From Chiloscyllium plagiosum (taxonomy: Eukaryota), in contig NC_057718.1 of assembly GCF_004010195.1 (NCBI RefSeq), positions 83,712,624 through 83,776,623 of the forward strand: a stretch of DNA of 64,000 bases, read 5' to 3'. The position numbers were made by a program, and so were the translations under genes. The notes beneath the pieces are model-generated. The model was not told the DNA's origin. It worked only from the letters and a program-made list of their open reading frames with translations, and searched no databases. Positions 24,133 to 38,049 of this stretch are shown in pieces (the first letter of the stretch is position 1; each line of letters starts with the position of its first letter).

Positions 24133-24643
24133 TGAGACAGACTGATCTGAACTTTTCTTATTTTAAAGGCAAGTGCCAGGCATTTCATTCTAGATGCAAT
24201 TCAATTGGTCAAACTACCAACCTTGATGCAAATCACACTTTAATCATATACTATAGTTAAAATACAACAAAAGAAAGAAGAAATTGGAATAACAAGTCTG
24301 TTGGAAAATTTAGCAGAATAGTAGATTATTTAACTATTAAATAATAACTGTTTCAAAATAGTAACATTCCATCAACACACCCTTGGCAAAGACAAATTCG
24401 ACAAAATAGATTGTGTCACTGGCAATTTTCCAGTCCAGGAGCAAAACACATCAAGGGGAAACTCTGAGAAAGGAGAGAGACGCACTGCAGCTTCCAAACC
24501 CAACTTCAAGACCCCAGCAATTTAGGAGCTTGGCCCCACCCATTCAGACTGCTTCTATTGTTCCAATTTAAAAAAATAAACAAGTCCTCACAAGCTGTTT
24601 ACTTTATTGGCTTTGGAACAGACCGCTTTGCATTTCTGTCTCA
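24133..24643. repeat. Possible solo LTR or MITE
   Basis: TGAGACAGA...TCTGTCTCA inverted termini; no TSD seen. Confidence 0.35.
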
Positions 24644-24930
24644 ATGGCCGAGTGGTATAATCACGAGACTATTAATCCAGAAATTCAGCTAATGTTTAGG
24701 GACCTGTGTTCAAATCCTGCCATGGCAAATAGTGGAATTTGAATTCAATTAAGAGGGTCTATTAATGACCATGATTGTTATAAAAACCCATCTGCTTCAC
24801 TAACGTCCTTTAGGGAAGGATATCTGTCATCCTTACGTGGTTCTGGCCTACATGTTACTCCTGGCCCACCACAATGGGTCTCTGGATAATGCAGGGTGGG
24901 CAATAAATACTGACCCACATTCCACAACTG
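24644..24930 (+). mobile_element. tRNA-derived SINE with a tail like that of the second LINE family
   Basis: tggccgagtggta A box, gttcaaatcc B box; gggcaataaat..cccacat tail matches the reverse complement of 21565-21605. Confidence 0.7.
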
Positions 24931-25299
24931 AATTTTAAACAAAATTATCTTATGGTGGCACGAGTATCTCTTGGAACTGCTTCACTTCCTGTTACTGCAG
25001 TTACTTGGATTATTTTTATCACTTTTTATATCTTCCAAAATCTATCTTTGACTCCACCCATCTTTTATCCACAAGCTTTCCTCAGCAAAATTGTTTGAAA
25101 GCACAGTATTTGATGTCATGTTGATAATACCCACCACTATTTTACCAACTCACTAAACTCTTCAACTGTTGCTAAATTAGCAGATTGCTAATTTGACATA
25201 AATTACTGGTTGAGTAGAAACTTCCTCCAAAAATGTTTGGAAGACAAAAACTATTGTTTTCTGTCCCTGCTCCAAACTCCATTCAATGACATACCAACT

Positions 25300-25905
25300 C
25301 CATCCCTCTGGCAACTGTCCAAGACTAAACTAGATTGTTTGCAACCTTGGTCTTGTATATCAGATTTGTGCTGTTACTATGATGTGCATTTAAAACACTA
25401 TTATCATCTAACATTACTCCTATCTCAGATCATCTGCTGCTGAAATTCTCATTCAAACTTTGTTACTTCAGGATTTGACTATTTCAGTAAATTCTTAGCT
25501 TATCTCTCATATTCTGTCTTAATTAAACTGACATAATTAAGAATTAAACTTGAAGCAATCCAAAACTCTGCTGTCCATACCCTAACTCACACTAAGTCTG
25601 ATTCACCCACTATTCGTATGCTTGCTAATCTACTTCAACTGGTGATCAAATAACAACTTGATTTTTAAATTCTCATCCTTGTTTTGAAGTGACTCCATGG
25701 CCTTTTTCTTCCCTAACTGTGTAATCTTGTCCAACTGTACAACATTCCAAAATATCTGCACTCTTCCAATTTTAGTTTCTTGTGTTTCTCCAAGTTTAAT
25801 TATTAGCAGCCGTGCCTCAGTGCCCTGAGTTCTGGAATATCAGCCCCCCCCCCTTTCCTCTTCAGCACACTTTCCTCCTTAGGATGCCCCAGAAAACCTA
25901 CCTCA
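25300..25905 (+). mobile_element. L2 LINE 3' remnant (another tail at about 48060-48265)
   Basis: Decayed AAEILIQTL-VTS-FDY, QNSAVH.LT, L.FKILILV.K.LHG, typical of the L2 ORF2 C-terminus. Confidence 0.65.
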
Positions 25906-26469
25906 TGTACATGGTAACTTATGCAGAAAATGTGAGCACGGTTCTAAATAGGTATTTTGTCTCTGTCTCTCTAGAATGGTGGATAAACCTCAAGGATTGT
26001 GTGAACTGCATTACAGGTTGTTAAAGGAAGCCAAAGAAGAAATATTAGATGTTCCAAGGAAGTCAGTCCCTCTATATTTACCTTTTCATACGCCCAACAC
26101 TGTGGTAAGATTTACATGTATAATTATTTGGCCCATCCTTTGCAGCCTTTTTTGAATAATGGTACAACATTTAGAGACCTCCAATCCTCTGGTACTTTGC
26201 CTACATCTAGTACTGAATTACTGGAATCAATATTGAGAAATAGGATTAATTGTTAGTTGGAGAGGTATAGATTAATCACTGATAATTAGCATGATTTTAT
26301 TGAGGGAAGGTCTTTGAATTCCAAAATTAACCAAATATTTTGAGCAATTAACAAGGAGGATTGATGAGATTCGTGCAGTGGACGTTGTCCACATGGACTT
26401 TAGTAAGGTATTGGCATACTGTTATTTGGCAGTTTATTAAGTGAAATAATTTTAGGGTCTGAACTCTTT

Positions 26470-26853
26470 TATATCCCAGCCCCCTACCCCACACATCAGA
26501 CGTTGTTATCACAAAGTCTGCCATTACACACTACCTGTTTTTAGGCACTAACAGTCTCTATTAACAACCACTCACTGTCTGGACAGATCATTATCCACTC
26601 GTTTGTGTGTCCAACTATACTCTCTCTTTGGGCTCTATCCCCATCTATTGTTTACTCCTTACTCTCTCCCTCCACCCTATCGTCTGCATATAAACCAGTA
26701 TTTTCCTAGCTACCATCATTTCTGAGGAAGGGTCACTGGATTCGAAATGTCAACTCTGATTTCTTCTCACAGATCCTGCCAGACATACTAAGTTTTTCCA
26801 GCAACTTCTGTTTTTGTTTCTGATTTACAGTATCTGCAGTTCTTTTGGTTTTT
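26470..26853 (+). mobile_element. Older Penelope-like 3' terminus with decayed hammerhead motif
   Basis: ttctgaggaagggtcactggattcgaaatgtcaac at 26721-26755, then the typical ttccagcaact...atctgcagt tail. Confidence 0.7.
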
Positions 26854-27037
26854 ATGGAATATGGTGAATTGAAAGTAAAATTGGCTCAGTGACAGGAAAT
26901 ATAAGGTAATGCTTGACATTTTTAGGAATGGAAAAATTGCCAGTGATGTTTCACAGGGTTCAGTTTTTGGTTATTTGCTGATTGTGGTACATATTAAAGA
27001 TTCGAATAAACGTAGATGGTATGATCAGGAAACAACT

Positions 27038-27665
27038 CGGAGAAAGTGAGGACTGCAGATGCTGGAGATTAGAGTCCAAATGTGTGGCGCTGGAAAAGCA
27101 TAGCAGGTCAGGCAGCATCCGAGGAGCAAGAGAATCAACATTTGATTGGGCGGCACGGTGGCACAGTGGTTAGCACTGCTGCCTCACAGCGCCAGAGACC
27201 CGGATTCAATTCCCGCCTCAAGCGACTGACTGTGTGGAGTTTGCACGTTCTCCCCGTGTCTGCGTGGGTTTCCTCCGGGTGCTCCGGTTTCCTCCCACAG
27301 TCCAAAAATGTGCAGAGTCAGGTGAATTGGCCATACTAAATTGCCCGTAGTGTTAGATTAAAAGGGGTAAATGTAGGGGTATGGGTGGGTTTCGCTTCGG
27401 CGGGTCGGTGTGGACTTGTTGGGCCGAAGGGCCTGTTTCCACACTGTAATCTAATCTAATCTAATCTAATTTTGGGCATAAGCCCTTCATCAGGAATGTG
27501 TGGCGGTGGGGGAGGGAGGGGATGGGTTGGGGAGGAAGGTAGCTTGGAAGGTGATAGGTAGATGCACTTGGGGGGTGATGGTAGTAGAGTGGAGCAGATA
27601 GGTGGGAAGAAAAATGGACAGGTGGGACAGTTCAAGAGGGTGGTGCTGAGCTGGAGGGTTGGATG
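27038..27665 (-). mobile_element. Penelope-like 3' terminus split by an HE1 SINE
   Basis: ggagaaagtgaggactgcagatgctgg (27039) continues as gggcataagcccttcatcaggaat (27474). Confidence 0.85.
27148..27470 (+). mobile_element. Full-length young HE1/V-type SINE
   Basis: gggcggcacggtggcacagtggttagc head, (TAATC)n tail. Confidence 0.95.
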
Positions 27666-27790
27666 AAGAGGATGGTTGTCAACTGCAGGAAGATGTCAAT
27701 AATTTGGTTGAGCTGGCAGAAAAGTGACAAATGGAATTCAATCTGAAGAAGTGTAAAGTTATGCAGTTGGGAAAGGCAAACAAATCAATG

Positions 27791-27950
27791 TGTTCTGGTG
27801 CAACTTGACAAACCACCAGAAGACCCAGGTACAAGTTACAATCATTTATTCCAGTTAACTCAAAAACACCCAGTTTTAAACAGTCTAAGACAGTACTCAG
27901 CAAAGTCAAAAACACTCATTCTTTATACACCTTAAGTCACACATACATAC
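27791..27950. repeat. LTR-like repeat segment (continues at about 29650; homolog at 41414-41625)
   Basis: ggtgcaa.tgacaaac.accagaa ... ttctttatacaccttaa shared with 41450-41590. Confidence 0.5.
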
Positions 27951-29647
27951 ATCAGTGTTTCCTGTGAAGAAGGACATGGAAGCTAAAGAATGTAGGGAAG
28001 TAGATGGTGACATCTTGAAAAATATCTATATTACAGAGAAGGAAGTGTTGATGTCTTGAAACACATAAAGGTGGATAAATCCCCAGGATCTGATCAGGTG
28101 TACCCTAGAACTCTGTGGGAAGCTAGGGAAGTGATTGCTGGGCCTCTTGCTGAGATATTTGTATCATCGAGAGTCAGAAGTGAGGTGCTGGAAGACTGGT
28201 GGTTGGCGAACGTGGTACCACTATTCAAGATAGGTGGTAAGGACAAGCCAGGGAACTATCGACTGGTGAGCCTGATGTCGGTGGTGAGCAAGTTGTTGGA
28301 GGGAATCCTGAGGGACAAGATTTACATGTATTTGGAAAGGCAAGGACTGATCAGGGATAGTCAACATGGTTTTGTATGTGGGAAATCATGTCTCACAAAC
28401 TTGATTGAGTTTTTTGAAAAAGTAACAAAGAGGATTAATGAGGGTAGAGTGGTGGACATGATCTTTATTGACTTTAGTAAGGCGTTCGACAAGGTTCTCC
28501 TTGGGAGACTGGTTGGCAAGGTTAGATCTCATGGAATACAGGGAGAACTATCCATTTGGATACAGAACTGGCTCAAAGGTAGAAGACAGAGGGTGGTGGT
28601 GGAGGGTTGTTTTTCAGACTGAAGGACTGTGACCAGTGGAGTGCCACAAGAATCGGTGCTGTGTCCACTACTTTTCATCATTTATATAAATGATTTGGAT
28701 GTGAACATAGGAGGTATAGTTAGTAAGTTTGCAGATGAGACCAAAATTGGAGGTGCAGTGGACAGCAAAGAAGGTTACCTCAGATTACAATGGGATTTTG
28801 ATCAGATGGGCCAATGGGCTGAGGAGTGGCAGATGGAGGCTAATTTAGATAAATGTGAGGTGTTGCATTTTGGGAAAGCAAATATTGGCAGAACTTGTAC
28901 ACTTAATGGTAAAGTCCTGGGGAGTGTTGCTGAACAAAGAGACCTTGGAATGCAGGTTGATAGCTCCTTGAAAGTGGAGTCGCAGGTAGATAAGATAGTG
29001 AGGAAGACGCTTGGTAAGCTTTCCTTTATTGGTTAGAGTATTGAGTAGAGGAGTTGGGAGGTCATGTTGCGGCTGTACAGGATGTTGGTTAGGCCACTTT
29101 TGGAATATTGCATGCAATTCTGGTCTCCTTCCTATCGGAAGGATGTTGTGAAACTTCAAAGCGTTCAGAAAATATTTGCAAGGATGTTGTCAGGGTTGCA
29201 CGGTTTGAGCTACAGGGAGAGGCTGAACAGGCTGGGGCTGTTTTTCCTGGAGTGTCGGAGGCTGAGGGGTGACCTTATACAGGTTTATAAAATCATGAAG
29301 CGCATGGATAGGATAAATAGACAAAGTCTTTTACCTGGGGTGGGGAAGTCCAAAACTAGAGGGCATAGGTTTAGGATGAGAGGAGAAAGACATAAAAGAT
29401 ACCTAAGAGGCAACTTTTCCACACAGAAGGTGGTGCATGTATGAAATGAGCCGCTGGGGGAAGTGGTGGAACCTGGTACAATTGCAACATTTAAAAGGCA
29501 TTTGGATGCGTATTTGAATAGGAAGGGTTTGGAGGGATAGGGGCCAGATGCTGGCAAGTGGAACTAGATCAGGTTGGGATCTGTGATCGGCATGGACGAG
29601 TCAGACTGAAGGGTCTGTTTCCATGCTGTACATCTCTATGACTCGAT
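27951..29647 (+). mobile_element. CR1 LINE, RT domain to 3' end
   Basis: ORFs 28056-28622, 28629-29036 and 29064-29444 with KSPG, NYR.VSL, QHGF, DFSKAFDKV, SGVPQ, FADE; stop-interrupted. Confidence 0.97.
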
Positions 29648-32600
29648 GACATATCTTGGTCAATTCTAGTCTTGTCAATTTACAATCACATGTTAAATTG
29701 ATGTCTTGGCATCAATTCACTTAGTTCCTCTGCTCCATACATCAGGCACTACACTTTATCCATCCAAGGACACACCCATCCTTATCTCGGTGATTATGCA
29801 GTCTGGACTGTGTCCTTGTTTTTATTATCTAGTCTTTGTCCTGGCCCTCTGCCCTAGTCTAATTCTTTATCTTTCTAGACTACTTTTGCTCATTTTTTTT
29901 CTGCTATTTTCTGCTTACAACTTGTTTTACTGAAAGACACTTCGAACTAAAACCATTCAATCATTTCAGTCCCCCCTTTTAATTCTTTCCAATCCCAAAA
30001 TATCCAACTTTGCGTTGTTGCCTTTCTCCCTTTATACTCTGCTGCCCATGAATCCTGGCCAAGCTTCAAGCTAAGAATTGGAAATGATTATACCATCTCT
30101 ACAGGCTCTGTAACATGGGCTCTTTCCTTATCTGTCGAGCCACCACATTCCCCAAATCCCATATTCCTTGCCATCTTTTGTGTGTCCTCCTTTGTGGGTA
30201 AAGCAAATAGATTAAGTACACAACCAGTACTAATTGGGTGATAACCAAAATATGGGATGTGATCCTAATTGATGTGTTTCTGTACATTCTACCTCCAACG
30301 TCACAAGCTATTCCCACCAGGTGGTGGTGTCTGTTTCCTCTTTAGCATCAGCCAATGTCGAGTGCCCAAGTGAACTTAGTGTCTAATATGTCCTGTGCAC
30401 ATGCTGGGCCTCACTTCAGTCAACAATGGGATTTCATTGGAGAAATAGCTCAGAATCTGTTTCAGGTTTTTAATACTTTCTGTCACCTCTCAGTTAATTG
30501 TTTTTCTCCTGGAGATTTTCACCAGTTCTACCTTTCCCACACCATCTAATACCTGTGGATAATATAGGACTACTACAGGACATGATTGATTGTTCACACA
30601 TTAGTACTTTTCTTGTGATGTGATAATGCAATATCTCTTTGTACAGACATAGGTTACAGAGATTGGTTCCATTGCAGACTATATAGCATCCACTGCGTAA
30701 TTAGCTATTGCATAAGATCTGCACCTTCTTTCTTTTGTGTCATATATCAGATGTGAACTCACTACCGAAGAATTTACTATACTGCAAATGTCTGAATGGC
30801 AGTTATCACATCACCGTCTATTTCTACGGCATGAGGTACAGTACCTTGTAATAAAACCCCATAAATATACCAATATTTGCTACTCCATGTTAAGCCCCTG
30901 TGCTGACAATCAGGCCTGGTACCATGACTGGTTAAAAAGATATGCATGTTTGTATACAAAGAGATATTGCATCAGCCTTGCAACTTTTTCTCCGATTTTC
31001 CCATGTTTGTTCAAGTTCCCATGATCCAAAGATGCTTGAGATGTCATTCCTGACTGCAGAGTCCAAGAGATTTTTCTCTACATTAATCAACCTGTTAGTG
31101 GTCCATATATGACTCTCTAATACATTGCCCAAGCTCTGAATTATCCATATCAGCTTGGTTAACTCTCTTGTTAACATTCCTAGTTTGCTGACCTGGTCAC
31201 TAAACTATTTAGGCATGCAGACCATTCTTGGGCTTCACAATTAAATGTTTCTGCCCAGTTATAGTCAAGTATGCAGCAGTCAAACTGTCATCATCATACT
31301 TGTTGGCGTATTGGAGAAGGATCCAAGTGTTACTGGAGTTCAGTCTGTAAACTTTCAGCATAGAACAGCAACCTCATTACTCATTCCTTCTCCTTCCATT
31401 TTCCTCAAAGTTAAGGAAACTGTTACAAGTCATGCACAGGAGCTGGTTTACCAGAAGGTTAAGCTGCCCATGGTCCAGGCAGAAAGCAGTTCCATTGTAC
31501 ATTAACAGTCATTTATTGACAGGTACTCAAGAATTACTGGTGAGTCAGATAGTTAGTATCCCCACAATATATATGTAAATGTCATTAACATGATTCAAGT
31601 TCTTCTGTGACTAATTATTCTGAAAAACATCAATCAGTTTATGACTTGCTTCAATTGCAACTCGTGCTTCCAGCACTCCTTCCTTTTCGTATCTACACAT
31701 CCATAAGTATTTCGAAGTATTATCTCATAAGGTTTTATCCACTTCAAGGCAAAACCTGATTTTTCAGTTCACATTCACCATCACCTTCCCCCACACTGCT
31801 TAACCAACCTGCTCCATTCCCACCTCTAGTTCCATGTTATGTATGATTTGTTGATCACAAAATTGTCTTAATCCATGCAGCTGCTTGCACAGCTCTTTCA
31901 CAAACTGATTAACTTTCTCTCTCATGGGCATTGCTTCCTCAATACCAAGCAGTTTACCCAGCAGTCTTATTGTCCATCCTGTCGTTAACTCATATGAAGT
32001 AAATCTGGTTACCTTGCTGGGTGTTGTCCTGCTTTCTGAGCCTCAGTTTTGATGGGTGACTGTTTTCTTGGGGAATGTTCTGACTCTGACACATGAACTG
32101 ATGTAATCTTGACCCTTGCCTGCAGGTTTGCCAGAACAATCTGCCCCACCAACAATGGCATTCTCATGGGTCAGTCTCTGTTTTGCTCAGCACAGTTAGT
32201 TTTAAAGGAATTCATAGGGGTACTGTCTATTTTGAAAGATCCTGCATTATTATCTTGCCATCTCAAGGACTAATTCATGTTTGTTTTATTCAAAGATCCA
32301 TGGCAAGGCCTTCCTCCTGTCACTTTACATACCCATATCTGGAGAGGGATCATTAGCCCACCCACTTTGAAGGGTGGGTCTCACTCATCTTTGCTCTCAG
32401 ATATGGTACCCCCTGTTCCATGCATAATGGTATCATGTAATGTTATTTGCAAATCCAGATCTGTAATTGGGATAAATGCCACAGTTTTTATTAATATACT
32501 GAACTGTCATCCTCCCCCAGATCTGTCAGTAAACGTGAGGTCTCCCGTGGTGCAAGGGCCAGTGTAATCTATTCATTCCCTACTAAGCTTCTGAACAGGC

Positions 32601-33019
32601 TCTGTGTGCTGTCAGAAACTTCTGTTTTTGGACATTATAGGATATTTGCCTAATATCCTGTCCTTCTTTTGTCTCTTCTGGTGTGCGACCATCATTCCTT
32701 CTGTAGTTGGTCTTCCTGCCATTTGTACAGCAGTACTAGCCTATCCTTTCTTTAGGAGTTGGCAGTCTTGTGCAAAGAGATATTGGCTGCCACATCACAA
32801 TAATAGCCCTTTTTGAGGATTTACAACTGCCACTAACCCTATCTTACCCCTGGTTTGGTGGGTCATCACATGATATCAATATACTTTCCACCCACCAATA
32901 CCCTGTGGTGTTCTGAACTGAATCCTTTATTTAAGAACTTTTGAATATTTCATCATCATTCTTGGGATGTTCCTGCCTGAGAGCTGTACATAAGTTTCCC
33001 ACTTTTGTTCAATGTGATT

Positions 33020-33330
33020 GAAAATCCCTGCAGTGCAAAAATAGGCCATTTGGCCCATTGAATCTGCACCAACCGTCTGAAGAGAATTCCACCCAGACCC
33101 AGACCCAGACCCAGACCCCAGACTCTCCCCATATTCTTGCATTTCCCATGGCCAATCCACTTAACCTGCACATTTTAGGTCTGTGGAAAGAAACTGGAGC
33201 ATCTTGTTGAAACCCACACATTCACAGGGAGAATATGCAAACCCCACATAGACAGTTGCCCAAGGCTGAAATCAAACCTGTGTCTCTGGTATTGTGAGGG
33301 AGCAGTACTAAGCAGTGAGCTAACTACGAT
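33020..33330 (-). mobile_element. Diverged HE1/V-type SINE containing a (CCCAGA)n expansion
   Basis: SINE core in reverse; short hexamer array at about 33092-33123. Confidence 0.8.
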
Positions 33331-33340
33331 GACCGACTAT

Positions 33341-33640
33341 TACCGGGAGTCCAAAATCAGAGGGCATGGGTTTAAGTTGAGAGAGAAAGGATTTAAAAAA
33401 GGGGTAACTTTCTCATACAGAGGGTTTGCATGTACAGATCAAGCTGCCAGAGGAAGTGGTGGAGGTAGGTACAATTATGACATTTAAAAGGTATCTGGAT
33501 AGGTTTATGAATAGGAATAGTTTAGAGGAATATGGGTCAAATGTTAGCAAATGGGACTAAGTCAGATTGGGATGTCCAGTCAGCGAGGATGAGTTGGACC
33601 AAAGGATCTGTTTCCATGCCATATGACTCTATGACTCGAT
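33341..33640 (+). mobile_element. CR1 3' end
   Basis: gagtccaaaatcagagggcat...atgactctatgactc. Confidence 0.9.
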
Positions 33641-33651
33641 CTACTACTGAC

Positions 33652-35143
33652 TCCCGAGAGCTCTGTGGGAAGCAGGGGAAGTGAATGCTGGACCCCTTGC
33701 TGAGATATTTATCTCATCGATAGTGAGGTGCCGGAAGACGAGAGGTTGGCTAACATGTGCCACTGTTTAAAAAGGGTGATAAGGACAAGCCAGGGAACTA
33801 TCGACCAGTGAGCCTGATGTCAGTGGTGGGCAAGTTGTTGGAAGGAATCCTGAGGGACAGGATGTACATGTATTTGGAAAGGCAAGGATTGATTAGGGAT
33901 AGTCAACATGGCTTTGTGCATGGGAAACCATGTCTCATAAACTTGATTGAGTTTTTTGAAGAAGTAACAGAGAGGATTGATGAGGGCAGAGCGGTGGACG
34001 TGGTCGATATGGACTTCAGTAAGGCGTCGACAAGGTTCCCCATGGGAGACTGGTTGGTCAGGTTAAATCTCATGGAATACAGGGAGAACTAGCCATTTGG
34101 ATACAGAACTGGCTCAAAGGTAGAAGACAGAGGGTGGTGGTGGAGGGTTGTTTTTCAGACTGGAGACCTGTGACCAGTGGAGTGCTACAAGAATTGGTGC
34201 TAGGTCCACTACTTTTCGTCATTTATATAAATGATTTGGATGTGAGCATAAGAGGTATAGTTAGGAAGTTTGCAGAAGACACCAAAATTGGAGGTGTAGT
34301 GGACAGTGAAGAAGGTTACCTCTGAGTACAACGGAATCTTGTTCAGATGTGCCAATGGGCTGAGGAGTGGCAGATGGCGTTTAATTTAGATAAATGCGTT
34401 TTGGAAAGCAAATCTTAGCAGGACTTATACACTGCATGGTAAGGTCCTCAGGAGTGCTGCTTAACAAGGAGACCTTGGAGTGCAGGTTCATAGCTCCTTG
34501 AAAGTAGAGCAGCAGGTATATAGGATAGTGAAGAAGGCGTTTGATCAGAGTACTGAGTACAGGAATTGGGAGGTCACGTTGCAGTTGTACAGGACATTGG
34601 TTAGGCCACTTATGGAATATTGCACGCAATTCTGATTTCCTTTGTATTGGAAGGATGTTGTGAAACTTGAAAGGGTTCAGAAAAGATTTAGAAGGATGTT
34701 GCCAGGGTTGGAGGATTTGAGCTATAGGGAAAGGTTGAATAGGCTGGTGTTGTTTTCCCTGGTACGTAGGGGGCTGAGGTATGACCTTATAAGATTTATA
34801 AAATCATGAAGCGCATGGATAGGATAAATAGACACCCTGGGGTGCGGAGTCTAGAATTCAAGGGCATAGGTTTAGGGTGAGAGAGGAAGATATGAAAGAG
34901 ACCTAAGGGACAACGTTTTCATCCAAAGGGTGGTACGTGTATGGAATGATCTGCCAGAGGTGGAGGCTAGTACAATTGCAACATTTTAATAAAAAGGCAT
35001 TTGGATGGGTATATGAATAGGAAGGGGTTTGGAGGGATATGGACAGGGTGCTGGCAGGTGGGACTAGATTGGGTTTAGATATCTGCTTGGCAATGACGAG
35101 TTGGACCGAAGGGTCTGTTTCCATGATGTACATCTCTATGACT
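33652..35143 (+). mobile_element. CR1 LINE, RT domain to 3' end
   Basis: ORFs 33757-34092 and 34134-34325 (NYRPVSL, QHGF, DFSKA, LGPLLFVIYINDLD). Confidence 0.97.
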
Positions 35144-36299
35144 CACACTTCTTTTGGCAGATGGACATTACATATGCCCATTTAGGCTCTCCTTTCAGAG
35201 CTTTAATCATACTGTTCATGAGAACCACCTATTCATGTGGCGGACTTTGTCTTTTCCATCTCAGCCCACTCCCCTGTTTTGAAGTCATCAGGAATTGTGT
35301 TCCACCAATCTGATTGACAGTTAGCTTTTATAAGGTGCATCTTTGGGAGTGCATGGAATTTCCTAAATTTAGTTCAGATCTCATGACTGTTGATCCAAGG
35401 CTTGAGCTGGGACAGTTCCTTGCATAGCATGTGCTTCTCGCCTGGAATAAAGAGGATATTCAGTCACAAAGTCTGTATCTTCCCCTTATTCTTCACTAGC
35501 AACCCACTCACCCTTAAGTTTCCTTCTTTTCAACTTAGTTTTTCAGTTGTTATAGTCATGTGGGCTAACGTTTTCTCAAATGATGATGCTGTGGGAGTCA
35601 TGCTTTCATATGGGGTGGTTCTTTTCCATATTTGGCCGCTTCCACTTCTAAACTTCCCCAATCAATTTCCTCCTCCTTGTCAGTGATGGGCAACAGTGCT
35701 GCCACCAGCTGATCTTTTTTTCCTTAAGCGTTCTAATTTATTCACCTGCACAGTTATAAATAAAAAGTGTTAATTATTACGTTTTTTGTTCCTTTGCCTT
35801 ATTTTGGCTTATCCATCAACTTTTCTGTTCCTTGGTGTCCCTTTGAGGTTCCACTCATTCTTCTGCATTTTCTTAATTATCTTTTTCTGGTGCTCGATAA
35901 TGAAACTTGGAGAGTTCTATGGACCCCATCAAGGTCCACAGAACCCTTTGGCTCCTTCCTGTCTCCAAAAAATATCTTTTGTCTTTCTTTCCAACCTTTG
36001 CCCACATATATGATGTTTGTTTACCAACTTGTGTGTCTTTGGCTCATACAGTTCTGTTAAAGCTTTTTGGAGTCTGACCTTTCTGTATGGCATTGGCTTC
36101 CTAACCTGCCAGTGCAGTTCTGCCTCCTTACTCTGTGCCCCTGTTCTGAGTACACCTTTAGATACTTTGGATCTCACCCACAATGATCCAATGAGGCTAA
36201 TCGTTCTACCGCGGGGTGGTAAATCAAATCTTGTTTTTACATTCATTCACGGGATTTAGGTGTCACTGGTTGGGCCAGCATGTATTGCCCATCTGTAGT

Positions 36300-37420
36300 T
36301 GCCCTTGAAAACGTGGTGGCGAGTTGTCTCACTTCGGTACCGTGTATCCTGGAATGCTAAGCTACCAATCCTGCCCCCTCTCTCAGTGACAGCAATGACA
36401 TCATGGCCCAATGTTTACGCCCTCAACTCATTTGCCTTGTTTGTCAGACTTCTTTCATTAAAATAAATACCATGCCAAACTCCCTTGTGCCTGAACCGGC
36501 AATAATTTCGATGCCTTTCTTACTCACTTGCTATCTCATCTCATTTTGGCTTTGCAACTCGACTTGCAGAATATTCTTTCAGGATCTACTCACCTGGCAA
36601 AAGCATCAGCAAATTTCCCAGAAGGATCCTGGTACCAGGCTATTTTAGCTGCAACCCTTGTACTGGTCCCATTCTCCCAGAAATCTGAAGGCCTCCCTCT
36701 TACACCATCTCTGCAGCCACACATTCATCTGGACTAACGCATTTCTGTTCTCACAACCACATAGAGATTGCTCGTTATTGGGTCCTACTTTTTATATCTA
36801 CTTCCTAGCTTGCTAAATTCTGCCTGAATGACATCATCCCTTTTTCTACATCATCCCTTATTGGTACCATTGTGTGTCACAGTATCCATCTGTTTGCCCT
36901 CCCCCTTCAGGATGCCCTGCAGCTGTGCACTGACATCCTTGACCCTGGCACTAGGGAGGCAACATACCATCCTGAAGTCTTTCTGCAGCTGCAGAAATAC
37001 TTGTCTGTTCCCCTTACAAGTGAAACCCCAACCATTATCGTCCTGCCTTTCTTTTTCCTCCCCTCATGTGCAGCAGACCCACTCACATACCATGAAGGTT
37101 CACACTGATTTCCCATGTGCAGTTATCTTCTCTGATGGTATGTAAACTGAATATCTATTAAAAATGGAGATGAGCAAAAGACACCCCTGGAGTACCTGCC
37201 TTCCTCTACTCTGTTTGGTGGTCATTCTTTCTTCCCCTGCAGTGTGACCACCTCACTGATAGTGCTGTCCACGACATACTCAACATTGTTGCTGGACACA
37301 CTTCCTACTTATGTGGCCACGAGGGGCAACTAGAGCTTCCATGATTTGACACATAGCACAGAAGCAGCATATCACAAGTGCAAGCTCTGCTGCCACGACT
37401 TGCCATAAGCTTTTCAGTTA
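36300..37420 (-). mobile_element. CR1 5' region (ORF1, SGNH/GDSL esterase-like remnant)
   Basis: MVGVSLVRGTDKYFC resembles the VGDS.VRG.D..FC motif of CR1 ORF1. Confidence 0.65.
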
Positions 37421-37749
37421 CTTCCCTTCTTTAAAGTATTAATTATAGATTTACAGAGTATAGGAACACTATACACTTACTTCCCTTACAGTAACTTTAC
37501 TTCCCTTACTGTACTTTGCTTAATTATACTACTTTATTATATTGAATCTGACTTTTGCCTATTCTTGTGGTTTCTCAGTTAATCTCTTCTTAAAAAAAAA
37601 TCCACCGCTTCTCTGTGATGTCACTGTTTGACTTGTTTTCCCAACCAATAAACCCTGAAGCTGCAACTATTAAATCCACTTACCATGTTGCTGCCTCCCT
37701 TGCTCTGCTGAGTTGAAGCTGATGTTCTGGAACTAAAATGACTGACCTT

Positions 37750-38040
37750 TAATAACCACAACCATCCATCTTTGTGCCAGGCTTGATTCCAATCAAAGGA
37801 GAATTTTCTTCATGATTCTCATTGCCTCCAGTTTTGCTCAGGTTCCTTGATGTCATTCTCAGACAAATACAGTCCTGATGTCAAGGGCAGTCACTTTCAC
37901 CACACGTCTGGAATTCAGCTCTTTTGTCAATGATTGAACCAAATTTGTAATGGGCTCAGGAGCTTAGTGGGTCTCACAGAACCCAAACTTGGTCTCAGTG
38001 TTATTGCTAAGTGAGTGTTGCTTGGTCACACTGTTGAAAA
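37750..38040 (-). mobile_element. Fragment of the second LINE family (other pieces at about 41160-41360 and 55330-55620)
   Basis: gatgtcaagggcagtc is the reverse of a .ALDI. RT motif; similar composition to 21555-22510. Confidence 0.5.
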
Positions 38041-38049
38041 CATCTTGAC

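Larger units (their letters stand above)
25910..27790 (+). mobile_element. Old CR1 RT fragments split by PLE and SINE insertions
   Basis: DVVHMDFSK at about 26380, V.QGSV at about 26950, LQEDVN.LV..AEK.QMEFN..KCKVM at about 27683-27775. Confidence 0.65.
29950..36240 (-). mobile_element. Very degenerate LTR-retroelement internal region (pol/gag-like), interrupted by SINE and CR1
   Basis: Only faint protease/RT/RNase H-like remnants, in plausible order on the minus strand; adjacent to an LTR-like repeat. Confidence 0.3.

Noticed and set aside
23783..27470. Inverted pair of young HE1 SINEs as a composite transposon or dsRNA element
   Set aside because: SINEs are abundant, no shared TSD is visible and the region appears intergenic
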